A stretch of 64,000 nt of DNA from Tubulanus polymorphus (taxonomy: Eukaryota > Animalia > Nemertea), in assembly GCF_964204645.1 (NCBI RefSeq), contig NC_134031.1:5332001-5396000 (forward strand). Reading direction: 5' to 3'. Below are positions 62,288-64,000 of the stretch, in pieces (within the stretch, counting starts at the first letter, position 1; each line of letters begins with the position of its first letter). The notes under the pieces were generated by a model. That model was not told the origin of the DNA, did not search any database, and worked only from the letters and a program-made list of their open reading frames with translations. The position numbers and the translations under genes were made by a program.

Positions 62288-63432
62288 ATGGCGGATGAAC
62301 ACAAAATAGATATGGAAGCTGCTGAAGATGATGACGATGATAGTGACGATGACGAATTCAATAAAAGTCTAACGAATATGATCAGAAATCGAAGAGCTTC
62401 GCGATTGGGTTCGGGAATGAGGCGTCGGCGTAGCAGACGAAAATCCAGCATGTATCGAAGCAGCGGAAACGAAGACGACGAAGATTCGGCAGACGACGAC
62501 GAAAACGACGAAGCCATGATGAAAATGTACGAAGAAGATAACGCCGACGCCAGTGAGGAGGACAGCGACGACGACGACGATGAGAAAACGAAGAACAGAA
62601 AGAAACACGAACAGCAGGAACGAATCTTCGAGAACATTCGAATTCAGAAAGATATCATGATGAATTTACGCAGTCAGCCGTGGCGCATGAAGAAAAAATT
62701 GAAAGCGCTCAGGTTTGTATTACACCGAAACGATTATGGCAACCCGTGAGTAAGAATACAGAACAGTATTGAAATTGTAGTTGCTTGTTGACATAGGCAA
62801 TGGACGTTTGGGAAATGTCCGGCACCAGCTTCTTGAATTACGAAGACTTATTTTCACCGTTATGAAAATCAACAAGCCCATCCCCTAGGACAAAGAAAAA
62901 AGTCAATGAAATATTGTCGTTCACTTCTTAAAAACAATTCGATCAAATTACGTACATTCTTTGGCACAGAATTTCCTTCATTTTGCACGAAGGAATTGTC
63001 GAACTGATTATCAATTTCTGATGTTAGGTTAGCTCAAAGTTACGTTGAAAGGTACGAAGGCCGTCTATCTCGTAATCAAGGTTACAAAGAAGCGTTTACC
63101 AAGGTAAGATTACCAGTTTATAGAATTCTATCAAGTAATTGAAGTAAAATCGACGAGCAATGAACAGAAAAGTATAGAAAAATTAGTGCAGTTTTTGTCA
63201 TAAAATTTAAATCGTATGTCCGCTAATTCATGCTAGGAAATCGTCGATATTTTTTTAAAAATTCGATGAATCGACTCCTGTTGATAAATGTGTAAATAAT
63301 GACACTACCACGTGAGCTTTATTCGTTGAAATGAATGTTCGCATTTTCAGGCGATGAAACGTTTTCGGCGACTAATGACAGAAGTATTAATTAGTATAAT
63401 GCCATGGCAATCTCGAATCAAACAAATAGAAA
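62288..63432 (+). CDS. Transmembrane channel-like protein, TMC1/2/3 subfamily, N-terminal exons (gene continues beyond the window)
   Basis: Exons 62288-62712, 63028-63103, 63351-63432 are in frame. ERIFENIRIQKDIMMNLRSQPWRMKKKLKALRLAQSYVERYEGRL and MPWQSRIKQIE match the conserved TMC1-3 N-terminal region. Confidence 0.88.
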
Positions 63433-64000
63433 GTAGGTTAATTATCGCTTCAATTTCTCTCTCTATCGATTTATTCATTGCTGGGATTTTCATTTCGTGA
63501 ATAAGCTTTCCTCTGATGGGCCAGACCGTTTTGCGAGTGCACGTTCTTCGATTAACAGCGTGGTTTCCGCGAAATTCGTCCTTTTTAGGGGTATCGAACT
63601 CCTGTCGACCGGTAGACCAATAGAAATAGTCCACTTAGCCAATGGTTATACAGCTTTATGTCGTATTCACTATGATATTAATGCTGTATGTTAAAGTCAG
63701 GCTCCGATTTTGAATGCGACAATTGTCAATCAAAATTTAGAAATGGATCCAGATTCATTCAAACCGATTCACTCAAAAATGTCTATGTATAAAGAGATAC
63801 CAAGAGTCAAATTTAACTAATACAGATTTTGCGAAAAGTACTCATTGACCCCTAAAGGCTACTCGAGTTAGGTTCAGTATCCGATCGCCCTAGGGTACGC
63901 TAACAATTTCATATTTCATTTCTTTGAGAAATGACCGCATAAGACTACATTTGGAATGTACATTATCTACGTATATCCAATTAACAGGAAAGTTGGTCGT

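Overview
Eukaryotic animal genomic DNA, most likely from an invertebrate: AT-rich introns, GC- and CpG-rich exons, GT-AG splicing, and many short transposon remnants. I reconstructed six spliced protein-coding genes by hand from splice sites and reading-frame phase. (1) WDR47 (minus strand, 3' end runs off the window start). (2) A compact 200-aa aprataxin, APTX, with HIT and zinc-finger domains but no FHA domain (minus). (3) A 31-exon, ~2,800-aa Sfi1-repeat / C1orf167-like protein (plus). (4) An ~884-aa C2H2 zinc-finger protein (minus). (5) TRUB2 (plus), in which the catalytic-position Asp is replaced by Ser. (6) The 5' part of a TMC1/2/3-type channel (plus, runs off the window end). Introns hold several MITE families, tRNA-derived SINE pieces, LINE 3' ends, a minisatellite, and Penelope-like foldback elements with minimal hammerhead-ribozyme motifs. 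The strongest leads are the Asp-less TRUB2, the intronic hammerhead-like elements, a candidate internal first exon giving a WD40-only WDR47, and apparently overlapping first exons of APTX and the Sfi1-like gene. I found no CRISPR array, rRNA or credible tRNA gene. All gene models and homology calls are by eye and from memory; no database searches were run.
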